In this document: piece after piece, positions 51,801 to 59,191 of the stretch
Numbering within the stretch: position 1 is the first letter of the stretch
Layout of the letters: every line of letters begins with the position of its first letter
NCBI GenBank assembly: GCA_964445115.1
Contig: CAYUJU010000010.1
Span: 2,582-66,581 of the forward strand
DNA length: 64,000 nucleotides
Direction of reading: 5' to 3'
Origin: an uncultured Methylobacillus sp.
GTDB taxonomy: Bacteria; Pseudomonadota; Gammaproteobacteria; Burkholderiales; Methylophilaceae
Made by a program: the position numbers and the translations under genes
Notes under the pieces: model-generated
Told to the model about the DNA's origin: nothing
Database searches by the model: none
Seen by the model: the letters and a program-made list of their open reading frames with translations, nothing else

Positions 51801-52208
51801 GCCGTAGATGCGCATGCTGTAGTTCAGCCCCGCGTCGGGGTAGGGCAACTGGGTCACCGGGCTGCCGTAACCACAGGTCGTGTTGTTGTTGAACTGCAGG
51901 CGACCATTGGTCATGATGCGCACCTGCGTGAAATTCGTACCGCCGTAATTGAAGGTAAAGCCGATCGGAATGTTGTCACTCAAACTATCATCAAGCACCG
52001 GCGCATTCGACCCACATCCGCCCGTGTTGCTGAACTTGTAGGGCGTTGTGTTATGCCCCACCTGCGTATGGGTGCTGGCATCGACCCAATTGAACGGTTC
52101 GGAGGCGCTGGTGTAGGTCGCGGCTTGCGCCGACAGCGACATCAGCCACAGGCCACCTGCCAGTAACCAGCCCCCCAACCCAAGGCCCATTATCGCTCGC
52201 ATGTTCAC
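48801..52208 (-). CDS. mshQ: MshQ-like large pilus-associated protein with LamG-like domain
   Basis: 1135 aa. Signal peptide ..SLSAQA. LamG/concanavalin-like core (..ISFWYKP...WVHIAVSW...LRIYVNG...LDDVRIYN). Gly/Thr/Ala-rich beta-rich C-terminal half ending ..PLIYLRENY, as in MshQ/DUF6701 proteins. Confidence 0.75.
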   Translation of the reverse strand: MNMRAIMGLGLGGWLLAGGLWLMSLSAQAATYTSASEPFNWVDASTHTQVGHNTTPYKFSNTGGCGSNAPVLDDSLSDNIPIGFTFNYGGTNFTQVRIMTNGRLQFNNNTTCGYGSPVTQLPYPDAGLNYSMRIYGNDLDPTARSDVPSYNTTCLNRTSCYVSYATIGTAPNRRFVVTWFHVPEWTATSTASGSYDLQIILEEGGDFVYQFGNDVPGPGNVNAQVGWQVDSADYEVPQVGFPAINSAIRFSIPRPVAEYRMEQAAWNGTAGEVLDTSGNNRHGVRVGSAQTIAGGYICRGADIPGNSSLGNLDAINTGLNMPAVTGGAGTISFWYKPANWASNGNQDAQLLDASTASPNWFFLTKRRISNSTVRLRFVVRDSAGNDRVAETGNLGNGVLSASGWVHIAVSWNFNALAASNADHLRIYVNGAQSVQTAFTTSGGLAAGIGTLYLGDNGSGNVGVSGTARSADGVLDDVRIYNFEGGVGLVQRDKNITGGCPALDHVRIEHDGSGRTCAAEMLTVKACATSACTTYYTDGEVSGNVTWAGTPGGSLPFTIPANTGGQIKLNLAVATAQTITLGTSGVTPVPSVASQCLNVSTNTLSCSLPFAASSSCFDAVEVGQAAATPIFTKLSATAFSLDVRAIPSGAVPAGYTGTVEVSLVNPAAASGNCADTNPGLNAVATYTFTEADNNRKTFNFNYPNAAKNVKVRIRDTAISTPACSTDNFAIRPVGLTVTSSASADVTGSSATATPAIRAGTAFTLSAAAGVAGYDGTPLIDTGLMDAHPGAVATGGLTGAFSAANPSTGIAVGNGFSYSEVGYFRLRANSVTDDSFTSVDQPNDCTNDLSNALVGGKYGCKFGNASATAYVGRFIPDRFSTVVTQGCAAGAYTYSGQPFSVMVTALNSAGNPTLNYDGAAAPVMAKGVTLTDANVLGGGGFGGSNAVGSGAFVSGVANVTPTYTFTNQKTVPGMIKLRATESAGGDGVTSSGGVEGVASLRSGRLSLRSNTGSELMRLNLPLEAQYWQEGGNAAITTDDYWTTNVSDSCTAIPLAALTLNNYRGGLAAGETLPAIGANFVQGRGTLWLSAPGMGNSGSVDVTVGNAAAGVPWLGTNPTARATFGLRKTPLIYLRENY
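49399..49407 (-). repeat. G9 homopolymer (C9 on plus strand) inside mshQ
   Basis: Counted directly: caaaaccg-ccccccccc-agc. Encodes L-G-G-G (ctg ggg ggg ggc) at about codons 934-937. Confidence 0.9.
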
Positions 52209-52219
52209 TTAACGCCCTC

Positions 52220-52735
52220 CTAGCTACAGGAAAATCCCGGCGCAACGCCTTCGGTTGACCGGCACTTGCTGACGGTCGCCTGCAGCTGTCGCTCCACCCT
52301 TCCGGGCGAACCTACCGCGCCCAGACTAGCCGTCGCGGCCAGGCTATAGACGACGATTGATCGTACGCTGCCATTTTCGTTATAGGTGGCGGAGGCGGTG
52401 CAAGTCACGCTGACATCAAACCCTTCGATGGTCAGGCTGGTTGGGCTGGCCGGGCAGGCCGGCATATTCGGCCACGGCTGCGCGCCTGTGCCATAGGGAG
52501 GCACCATGGCGGCCACCGTGGCGTTGGCCGGGTCAAGCACCTGATACACCCCCCATTCGATGCCGCTCTGCGCCGCCTGGTAGGCCCGCACGCCCTGCAC
52601 ATCCTGTGCGGACGCCACCTGCTGGGTCGATGAAATATTCGCGATAAACGCCCCGAGGGCAGCCAGCACCACCACGATAAAAATCGCGGAGATCATGGTA
52701 AACCCTGTCTGCATGCGGTCAAGAAGTCGGCTCAT
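52220..52735 (-). CDS. mshP: MshP-like pilus protein
   Basis: 171 aa. Prepilin-like N-terminus QTG-FTMISAIFIVVVLAAL lacking Glu+5. Lies in the mshO-mshQ position. Confidence 0.65.
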   Translation of the reverse strand: MSRLLDRMQTGFTMISAIFIVVVLAALGAFIANISSTQQVASAQDVQGVRAYQAAQSGIEWGVYQVLDPANATVAAMVPPYGTGAQPWPNMPACPASPTSLTIEGFDVSVTCTASATYNENGSVRSIVVYSLAATASLGAVGSPGRVERQLQATVSKCRSTEGVAPGFSCS

Positions 52736-53580
52736 GGCGTGTTCACCACCCCGATCTGATGTTGGAGGTTGACCGTCTCGCCTTGCTCCGTGATGGCGAG
52801 TTGCATGAGGACCAGGCCATTGCGCTCTAGCGTACCGCCGGTGTAGGCAAAACTGCAGGCGGTCAGGTTGGAAGCCACCAGCGACTTCTCCACCGGGTCC
52901 AGGTTATCCAGGTCGACGAGGCTGGCCGGCTGCACCGCCTGGATGGCATAGCGCGAATAGCGCCACAAGCGGCCGTTGGCGAGGTCACACGCATAACTGA
53001 CCGCCGTATTGACCACCTGGAAGCGCGCGCCGGGGGAGGCAAACGGAAACTGGGTTCCGCCGGGGCTATAGGTCACATGCGTCACCGTACCGAACGGCGT
53101 GGCGGCATTGCGACGACTGCTGCCCTCATACACATCCGCTCCCGGTTGGCCCATGTTAAAAATGACGATGGCATCGCCATTGGCGACACTGACTGCCGGC
53201 CCCAGCACGTCGAAGGCGCCGTCGGCGGGATCGCTGAAATCCAGCGGATCATCCGCAGCAGATACGCCCTTCTCCATCCGGTAACGCCCTGCTGCGCGGA
53301 TCGGGACTAATTCCAGAAACGCGGATCCACTCACCCGCACGCTGTTCGGCAGTGCCGACTGAACATCGCGCGCCACCCGCCGCGCCGCGGTGTCGGCAAT
53401 ATCGCTCAATTCGGCACGTCGGGCAGTATCGAAATAACTTTGCACGGTACCTCGCATGAAAATGGCGACACCGGCCGCCACAATCCCGGTCACCATGATC
53501 ACCACCAACGCCTCGATCAGCGTGAATCCACGCGCGCGGGCCGTCAGAATTTCGTCACGCATGTCAGAGATTCGGCGCAT
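52732..53580 (-). CDS. mshO: MshO-like minor pilin
   Basis: Class III signal ARG-FTLIEALVVIMV. The alternative ATG at 53562 avoids overlap with mshD. Confidence 0.7.
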   Translation of the reverse strand: MRRISDMRDEILTARARGFTLIEALVVIMVTGIVAAGVAIFMRGTVQSYFDTARRAELSDIADTAARRVARDVQSALPNSVRVSGSAFLELVPIRAAGRYRMEKGVSAADDPLDFSDPADGAFDVLGPAVSVANGDAIVIFNMGQPGADVYEGSSRRNAATPFGTVTHVTYSPGGTQFPFASPGARFQVVNTAVSYACDLANGRLWRYSRYAIQAVQPASLVDLDNLDPVEKSLVASNLTACSFAYTGGTLERNGLVLMQLAITEQGETVNLQHQIGVVNTP

Positions 53581-54154
53581 AGCGCAAGCGATGTCCCACC
53601 AACGTCACACTTTCACGCCCGGCGGACACCGTCACCTCGACGCGTAGCGCCGCATCAGCCGGGATGCCGGCAAAGGGCGCCGCGCCGCCTGCGCGGGTGA
53701 TCCTCACGCTCGCGTTGTAACCGGGCATGACGTTCGCCCCCGTGATGTCCGCCACGTTGTTCATACTCCAGCCGCCATAGTCCGCCACGTTGTCAAAGGG
53801 GTCTGTCACGCTGCCGCGCGCCTCCGTATTGGGCATCGGGCCCGCCAGCGCCGAGCCGGTCACGCCACCCCCGATATCCTGTGACGCAGCCAAGCCCCCC
53901 GTGCAACCGGCCGTACTCGTCGCCGTCTCGACGTTGGCATCCTGCAGGTCGCAGTAAGTGAAAGGTTGTTGCAGGATCTCGGTCAGCAGCGATTCGGCGA
54001 TGGACAGGGCCTGCTTGCGGATCATCGGGTCGGCACTGCCGCGCACCGATTGGTTCAGTACCAGAATCACACCCGCCAGTGCCACACTGACGATGACGAT
54101 GAACACCACCATCTCGACCAGGGTCAGGCCAGCTTGACGCATGATCGGCCTCAT
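53564..54154 (-). CDS. mshD: MshD-like minor pilin
   Basis: 196 aa. Leader MRPIMRQAG-LTLVEMVVFIVIV. ATGA overlap with mshC. Confidence 0.7.
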   Translation of the reverse strand: MRPIMRQAGLTLVEMVVFIVIVSVALAGVILVLNQSVRGSADPMIRKQALSIAESLLTEILQQPFTYCDLQDANVETATSTAGCTGGLAASQDIGGGVTGSALAGPMPNTEARGSVTDPFDNVADYGGWSMNNVADITGANVMPGYNASVRITRAGGAAPFAGIPADAALRVEVTVSAGRESVTLVGHRLRYAPNL

Positions 54155-54687
54155 GGCGAATGCACGTAGCCGGTCTCGGCCTCGACGTTGATCGGGGTCT
54201 CGCCGGGCAGTTGAATCACCGATGCGACACTGGCAGCGCCGGAGGGCATGAAAAAGAAATTGGACGGCAAGGCCGCATAGCCCACGCCCCCCTGCGACTC
54301 GATCCGGTAAGGCGCTCCGCCCGGCCCCAGCCCGACCTCACCGGCCCCCACTGCGTACGCGCAGGCCGTATCGTTCGCGGCGCTGCGCATGGTCAGCGAC
54401 ACCGCGTTCGCGGCAAACGCCACACACACGGCGCGGCGCTCGGCAATCGCGTGCTTCTGCGCCAGCCGCAACGCCCCCATGGTGACATCATGAAACCCAC
54501 GGGACTGGAAACCACGCGAATCGAAGATGCGCGGCATGGCCACCACGGCCAGGATCCCGATGACCACCATGACGGCAATCAGTTCGACCAGCGTAAAGCC
54601 GGACTCCTCGGCAGCGCCGGGACCGGCAGGGGAGCGATTCGGCAAGTGACTTCCCCTCGGGCGAAGCCCCCTTCTTGTGACCAACAA
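54151..54687 (-). CDS. mshC: MshC-like minor pilin
   Basis: Class III signal ..EESG-FTLVELIAVMVVIG. The start is uncertain: the TTG at 54645, preceded by AGGGGAAG, gives a more typical 16-aa leader. Confidence 0.7.
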   Translation of the reverse strand: MLVTRRGLRPRGSHLPNRSPAGPGAAEESGFTLVELIAVMVVIGILAVVAMPRIFDSRGFQSRGFHDVTMGALRLAQKHAIAERRAVCVAFAANAVSLTMRSAANDTACAYAVGAGEVGLGPGGAPYRIESQGGVGYAALPSNFFFMPSGAASVASVIQLPGETPINVEAETGYVHSP

Positions 54688-54702
54688 GACCGTGCCGCCA
54701 CG

Positions 54703-54732
54703 GTTTCCTGCGGCAAAGGCACCGCAGGAAAC
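54703..54732 (-). terminator. Strong hairpin 10 nt downstream of mshA (attenuator or processing/stability element)
   Basis: Perfect 11-bp stem GTTTCCTGCGG / CCGCAGGAAAC with an 8-nt loop. No T-run follows on the minus strand. Confidence 0.45.
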
Positions 54733-54742
54733 TCTGTGTGAT

Positions 54743-55108
54743 TTAGTTAACGCCGATCACCGGAGCAGTTGCTGTCGTACCGTTCGGGCCGGTCACGGTA
54801 CAGTCAACCGTAGCACCGACTGCGATGGCAGCAGCCGTCAAGCTGTAACCCGTCGGCAGCCCGCCCTGGAGCAATGCACCTGCCTGATTACAATTGGCGA
54901 CCGGGATCCCGCTGGCAGGATTCACGCTTTCCTGGGCAAAGTTGATCGAAGATCCTGAAGCGATCGCACCGGCCACACCCTGAATCGCGGCGTTCTGCGC
55001 ATCGCTACGGAAATCCACAAAACGTGGCAGGGCAGTCGCCGCCAGAATGCCCAGAATGACGATCACGACCACCAGTTCGATCAGGGTAAAACCTTTTTGA
55101 GCTTGCAT
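54743..55108 (-). CDS. mshA: Major MSHA-type pilin
   Basis: The ATG at 55108 is 8 nt after AAGGAG. Leader MQAQKG-FTLIELVVVIVILGILAATALPRF. 115-aa mature protein with a C-terminal Cys pair (disulfide loop). Confidence 0.8.
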   Translation of the reverse strand: MQAQKGFTLIELVVVIVILGILAATALPRFVDFRSDAQNAAIQGVAGAIASGSSINFAQESVNPASGIPVANCNQAGALLQGGLPTGYSLTAAAIAVGATVDCTVTGPNGTTATAPVIGVN

Positions 55109-55159
55109 TTCCACTTCTCCTTAAAAAATCAGACTCTAATTCGGAACATTCTAATCCCA

Positions 55160-55174
55160 GCAATCCGTGTGCCA
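55160..55174 (-). promoter_or_regulatory. Sigma54 (-24/-12) promoter upstream of mshA
   Basis: The minus strand reads C-TGGCAC-ACGGA-TTGC-T, a full match to YTGGCACG-N4-TTGCW. It lies 5 nt after the mshB stop and about 50 nt before the mshA ATG. Confidence 0.65.
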
Positions 55175-55178
55175 GCCG

Positions 55179-55664
55179 CTACTGACAGTTATCTGGCGTC
55201 AAGCCCGCACTGTTGAAGGTAGGGGCTAGGTTCGGCCCGGCTGGCTGGGTATAGGTAATCACACAAGCCGTGTTCGTCGAATTCGATTGCACAGTCAGCG
55301 TTCCCGGCGCGATAGGCGCCGGAATAAAGAAGCCCTGCAACGCAACCGTGGTATTCGCCGGATCGACCAGCCCGGCCGCCACACCAATGTCCGCCAGGGT
55401 CGCATTCGGATATCCATTGGTCATGTTGATGGTCGCCCCTTCCATGCTGATGGCAGCACCGGCCGCTGCACCTTGTGTCAGCTGCACGGAGTGCGCCAGC
55501 GCTGCGGCAGATTTGAGCGATGCCAGCGCACCGTTCATGGCGGCGATGCGCGCCCGCACCTGCAACTCGGCAAAACGCGGCAGTGCGAATGCCGCCAGAA
55601 TGCCGAGGATGGTGATCACCACCACCAGCTCGATCAAGGTAAAACCTGTTTGTCGTTTCATCAT
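55179..55664 (-). CDS. mshB: MshB-like pilin
   Basis: 161 aa. Leader MMKRQTG-FTLIELVVVITILGILAAFALPRF. C-terminal Cys pair. Confidence 0.75.
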   Translation of the reverse strand: MMKRQTGFTLIELVVVITILGILAAFALPRFAELQVRARIAAMNGALASLKSAAALAHSVQLTQGAAAGAAISMEGATINMTNGYPNATLADIGVAAGLVDPANTTVALQGFFIPAPIAPGTLTVQSNSTNTACVITYTQPAGPNLAPTFNSAGLTPDNCQ

Positions 55665-55698
55665 CAGCCCTCTAAAAATTCTTCACTGCATCACGCAA

Positions 55699-56205
55699 TC
55701 ACTGCCACTGGTAAGGTTCGAGCGGCTCGAACACCAGGCCCAACCGAAATCCGACCCCATCGACCGCAGCGGGACGCACATGATACCGCACCCGCGCCTT
55801 GCCTTCGCTATCTGGCGCCAGCCGATACCCGAACCGGGCGACATAGCCCGTGACACACCGCGCGGGATCAAAATACCATCGCCCCGGTGGCACACGATCA
55901 ATGTCGGCCCCACTCACCTCGCCATGATAGTTACCCGGTGGCGTCTCCAGCCAGCGCACCGGGTTTTCGCACACCAAGCTGGCACTTTCGAGCATACGCT
56001 CTTCCGTCATCAGTGTCGCGATCCGCACTTTCAGCGCGCTTTTGAACAGATTCGCCGTGTACTCCATATCGGCGCGTTCGGCGAGTTCTTGATAATCACG
56101 CAGGCGATGCATCAACATCACGGCCATCACGGCAAGCAGCACAGCCACCAGCCCGAATTCCAGCCAGGTCATGCCACGTTGACGCACAGCCCTTGTCTTT
56201 CCCAT
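55699..56205 (-). CDS. mshF: MshF-like protein
   Basis: 168 aa. N-terminal hydrophobic helix. Lies between mshG and mshB. Assigned mainly by position. Confidence 0.6.
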   Translation of the reverse strand: MGKTRAVRQRGMTWLEFGLVAVLLAVMAVMLMHRLRDYQELAERADMEYTANLFKSALKVRIATLMTEERMLESASLVCENPVRWLETPPGNYHGEVSGADIDRVPPGRWYFDPARCVTGYVARFGYRLAPDSEGKARVRYHVRPAAVDGVGFRLGLVFEPLEPYQWQ

Positions 56206-56211
56206 GCGCGC

Positions 56212-57435
56212 CTACTTCTTGAACGCCACCCGACCCAGATCCCAGATCGGCAGGAACACGCCCAGGGCCAGGATCAGCACCAGAATCCCCAGCAGCACGA
56301 TCAGGATAGGCTCGATCTGCGATCCCAGGGTCTTGATCTCGTACTCGACCTCCTGCTGATACATGTCCGCGATCTCCTGCATCATGTCATCCAACATGCC
56401 GGATTCTTCGCCCACCGCAATCATCTGCAGCACCATGGGGTTGAACACCCCACTGTTCTGCGCGGTCCGCAGGATACTTTCCCCACGCTCGATGCCGGAA
56501 CGCATCTGCTCGACCTTCTCGGCCACGTAATCGTTGTCGACTGTCTGCGCCACTAGCGTCATCCCCTGGACGATAGGTACGCCACTGCGCGCCGCCAGCG
56601 CGAAGCCACGGGCGAAACGGGCCATGGTCGCCTTGTGCACGATCTTACCGGCGATCGGGATGCGCAGCTTGAACCGGTCCCACTTGTAACGCCCATCGCT
56701 TGTCCCAATCCACTGCCGGACCCCGAACACGGTTACGACTACCGCCAGCAACATCATCGGCCACCAGGCGAGGAAGAAGTCGGACACCCCCACCAGAATG
56801 CGGGTCAACAACGGTAACTCGGCGTTGAACCCCTTGAACACCTTGGCGAACGCCGGGATCACGAAAATATTGATCACCACGATGGCCACCAGCATCACCC
56901 CGATCACAAACGTCGGGTAGCGCAGCGCCGCACGTATCTGCTCGCGCATGAACTTCTCGAATTCCATGTGGCCGTATAGCCGCATGAACACGTCTTCCAG
57001 CAAGCCGGTCGATTCGCCCACCCGCACCATGCTGACGTAAAACGAATTGAACACCTTGGGATGCTGCTGCATCGCGGCGGAAAGCTCGCGGCCACTGTCC
57101 AGACTTTCGCGCAACTGACGCACGACATCAGAAAAGGCCTTGCTCGGTGTGGAGGCCTGCAAACCGCCCAGCGCGCTCATGATAGGGATCCCGGCCTTGA
57201 GCAAGGTGTGCATCTGCCGGCTGAACATCATCACATCAAAATGCGTGACCTTTTCGCCGAACCAGTCGATGCCGTCCTCATTGGTTTTTTCCGGCGCGAC
57301 AGCGGGCTGAATGTCGACCGGGGTAATGCCGGTGCTGAACAACTGGCTCGCCGCCGCGCCCATATCGGCGCTTTCCAGCACGCCCTTGACCAACGCCCCG
57401 CTGGCGTTACGTCCGGAATAAGCGAAGAAGGGCAT
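56212..57435 (-). CDS. mshG: GspF-family inner-membrane platform protein MshG
   Basis: 407 aa. Duplicated T2SSF domain architecture with 3 TM segments. Confidence 0.9.
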   Translation of the reverse strand: MPFFAYSGRNASGALVKGVLESADMGAAASQLFSTGITPVDIQPAVAPEKTNEDGIDWFGEKVTHFDVMMFSRQMHTLLKAGIPIMSALGGLQASTPSKAFSDVVRQLRESLDSGRELSAAMQQHPKVFNSFYVSMVRVGESTGLLEDVFMRLYGHMEFEKFMREQIRAALRYPTFVIGVMLVAIVVINIFVIPAFAKVFKGFNAELPLLTRILVGVSDFFLAWWPMMLLAVVVTVFGVRQWIGTSDGRYKWDRFKLRIPIAGKIVHKATMARFARGFALAARSGVPIVQGMTLVAQTVDNDYVAEKVEQMRSGIERGESILRTAQNSGVFNPMVLQMIAVGEESGMLDDMMQEIADMYQQEVEYEIKTLGSQIEPILIVLLGILVLILALGVFLPIWDLGRVAFKK

Positions 57436-57446
57436 GGCCTGCGCCG

Positions 57447-59150
57447 CTAGTCTTCAAACTGGTTGCTGATACGCATGGCCTCTGCCACCGTCGTTCGCTT
57501 GGCCAGCACGAGATCAACCGCGTGCTTGCGCATCGTAGCCCCGGCCATGTGCTGCCGCGCCACCTTCACGAAATGGTTGGGGTCATGATGATTTGCGGCC
57601 TCGGTCAACTCTGTCGTCATCTCGAGCAGTTCGTACACCCCGAGCCGGCCCTGGTAGCCCGTGCCGTTGCAATGACTGCAGCCAGCCCCGCGTGCATAGG
57701 CCTGCTGGTCCACCGCATCGCCGAGTTCCAGCCGCAGCCATTCACGCTCGAACGGCAGCAGCGTATAGGGCTGCGCGCAGCTTTCGCACACCAGGCGCAC
57801 CAGACGCTGCGCCACGACCGCCAGCAGCGACATCGCCACCATATAGCGCGGCGCCCCCATGTCAATCAGGCGGATCGGGGAGGTCACCGCGTCGTTGGTG
57901 TGCAGCGTGGACAACACCAGGTGACCGGTCATCGCCGCGCGCAGACCGATTTGCGCGGTCTCCTGATCGCGCATTTCGCCGACCAACACGATATCCGGGT
58001 CTTGCCGCAGCGCCGAGCGCAGCACGCGCGAGAAATCGAGATCGATTTTTTCATTGACCTGCACCTGGTTGATGCCGGGCAGGCGATATTCCACCGGGTC
58101 TTCCACGGTGAGAATCTTGTTGGAAAGCTTGTTCAGTTCGGACAGGGCGGCATACAGCGTCGTCGTCTTGCCGGAACCGGTCGGGCCGGTGACCAGCACC
58201 ATGCCGCTGGGGCGATGAATCAGTTTGCGGAAGCGCTCCAGCATGTCGGGCGGCATCCCAAGCCTGTCGAGCGAGAACCCGCCGGCATTCTGGATCAGCA
58301 AGCGCATGACCACCGACTCGCCATATTGGGTCGGCATACTGGAGATACGCACATCGACCGGCTGCTGCCGTACCTTGATGGCGAAACGGCCGTCCTGCGG
58401 CAAGCGTTTTTCCGAAATATCCAGACCGGACATCAGTTTGAGGCGCAACACCAGCGCGGTAGCGATCTTGCTGTCGGCCTCGGTCTGCAGGTGCAGCACC
58501 CCGTCGATACGGAAACGGATCTGCAGCTTGGTCTCCTGCGGCTCGATATGAATATCCGACGCCCGCACCTGCACCGCGTCTTCAAAAATCGTCTGCAGCA
58601 GTTTGACGACCGGCGCTTCTTCGACGTTTGCCGTCAGCCCCAGTTGCGCGAAGTCGACCGCATTCTCGCCCAGGTCCTGCCCCAGTTCCTGCACCAGGGA
58701 GGAAATTTCCTCGGTGCGTCGATAGGTGCGGTCGATGATCTGCAGCACGTAACTTTCCGTGACCACCGCCAGCGTGATTTCCTTGCGCAGGATGCGGGCG
58801 ATTTCGTCATAGGCGAACAGGTCCGTCGGATCGGCCATGCCGATCAGGAAAGTATCGCCGCGATCTTCCAGCACCACCGCGCGGAAACGTCGCGCCTGCG
58901 CTTCCGGCAGCTTACGCACCGTCTCGGGCGAGGCATTGAAATGCTTCAGGTCGATAAAGGGGATCTGCAACTGGCGCGCCAGCGCCTCGGAAATCTGGAC
59001 CTCGGTAACAAAGCCGCTTTCGATGAAGACGCGCCCCAGCTTACGCCCCGTGCGCTGCTGCTCCTGCAGCGCCTGCGTCAACTGTTCCGGCGACAACAGT
59101 CCCTGCTGTACCAGAATCTCACCCAGCCTAATTTTTTCCGGACGCGCCAT
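57447..59150 (-). CDS. mshE: MSHA pilus extension ATPase MshE (GspE family with MshEN domain)
   Basis: 567 aa. Tandem N-terminal RLGxx(L/V/I)(L/V/I)xxG(L/V/I)(L/V/I)xxxxLxxxLxxQ motifs. Walker A GPTGSGKTTT, Asp box, Walker B, His box and a tetracysteine motif (CESC ... CSHC). Confidence 0.92.
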   Translation of the reverse strand: MARPEKIRLGEILVQQGLLSPEQLTQALQEQQRTGRKLGRVFIESGFVTEVQISEALARQLQIPFIDLKHFNASPETVRKLPEAQARRFRAVVLEDRGDTFLIGMADPTDLFAYDEIARILRKEITLAVVTESYVLQIIDRTYRRTEEISSLVQELGQDLGENAVDFAQLGLTANVEEAPVVKLLQTIFEDAVQVRASDIHIEPQETKLQIRFRIDGVLHLQTEADSKIATALVLRLKLMSGLDISEKRLPQDGRFAIKVRQQPVDVRISSMPTQYGESVVMRLLIQNAGGFSLDRLGMPPDMLERFRKLIHRPSGMVLVTGPTGSGKTTTLYAALSELNKLSNKILTVEDPVEYRLPGINQVQVNEKIDLDFSRVLRSALRQDPDIVLVGEMRDQETAQIGLRAAMTGHLVLSTLHTNDAVTSPIRLIDMGAPRYMVAMSLLAVVAQRLVRLVCESCAQPYTLLPFEREWLRLELGDAVDQQAYARGAGCSHCNGTGYQGRLGVYELLEMTTELTEAANHHDPNHFVKVARQHMAGATMRKHAVDLVLAKRTTVAEAMRISNQFED

Positions 59151-59191
59151 ATTGACTCAAAAGTTATTGTTTTTTCTCACAAATTACGTGT

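Noticed and set aside
55694-55707. TGGCAG-TGAT-TGCG on the minus strand upstream of mshB, as a possible second sigma54 promoter.
   Set aside because: The GG-to-GC spacing is 2 nt too short relative to the sigma54 consensus, and the element lies inside the mshF coding region.
41439-59150. The idea that comF, convergent with mshN, belongs functionally to the pilus locus as a competence link.
   Set aside because: comF is on the opposite strand. It is divergently paired with the bio operon and has its own regulatory region. Adjacency alone is insufficient evidence.
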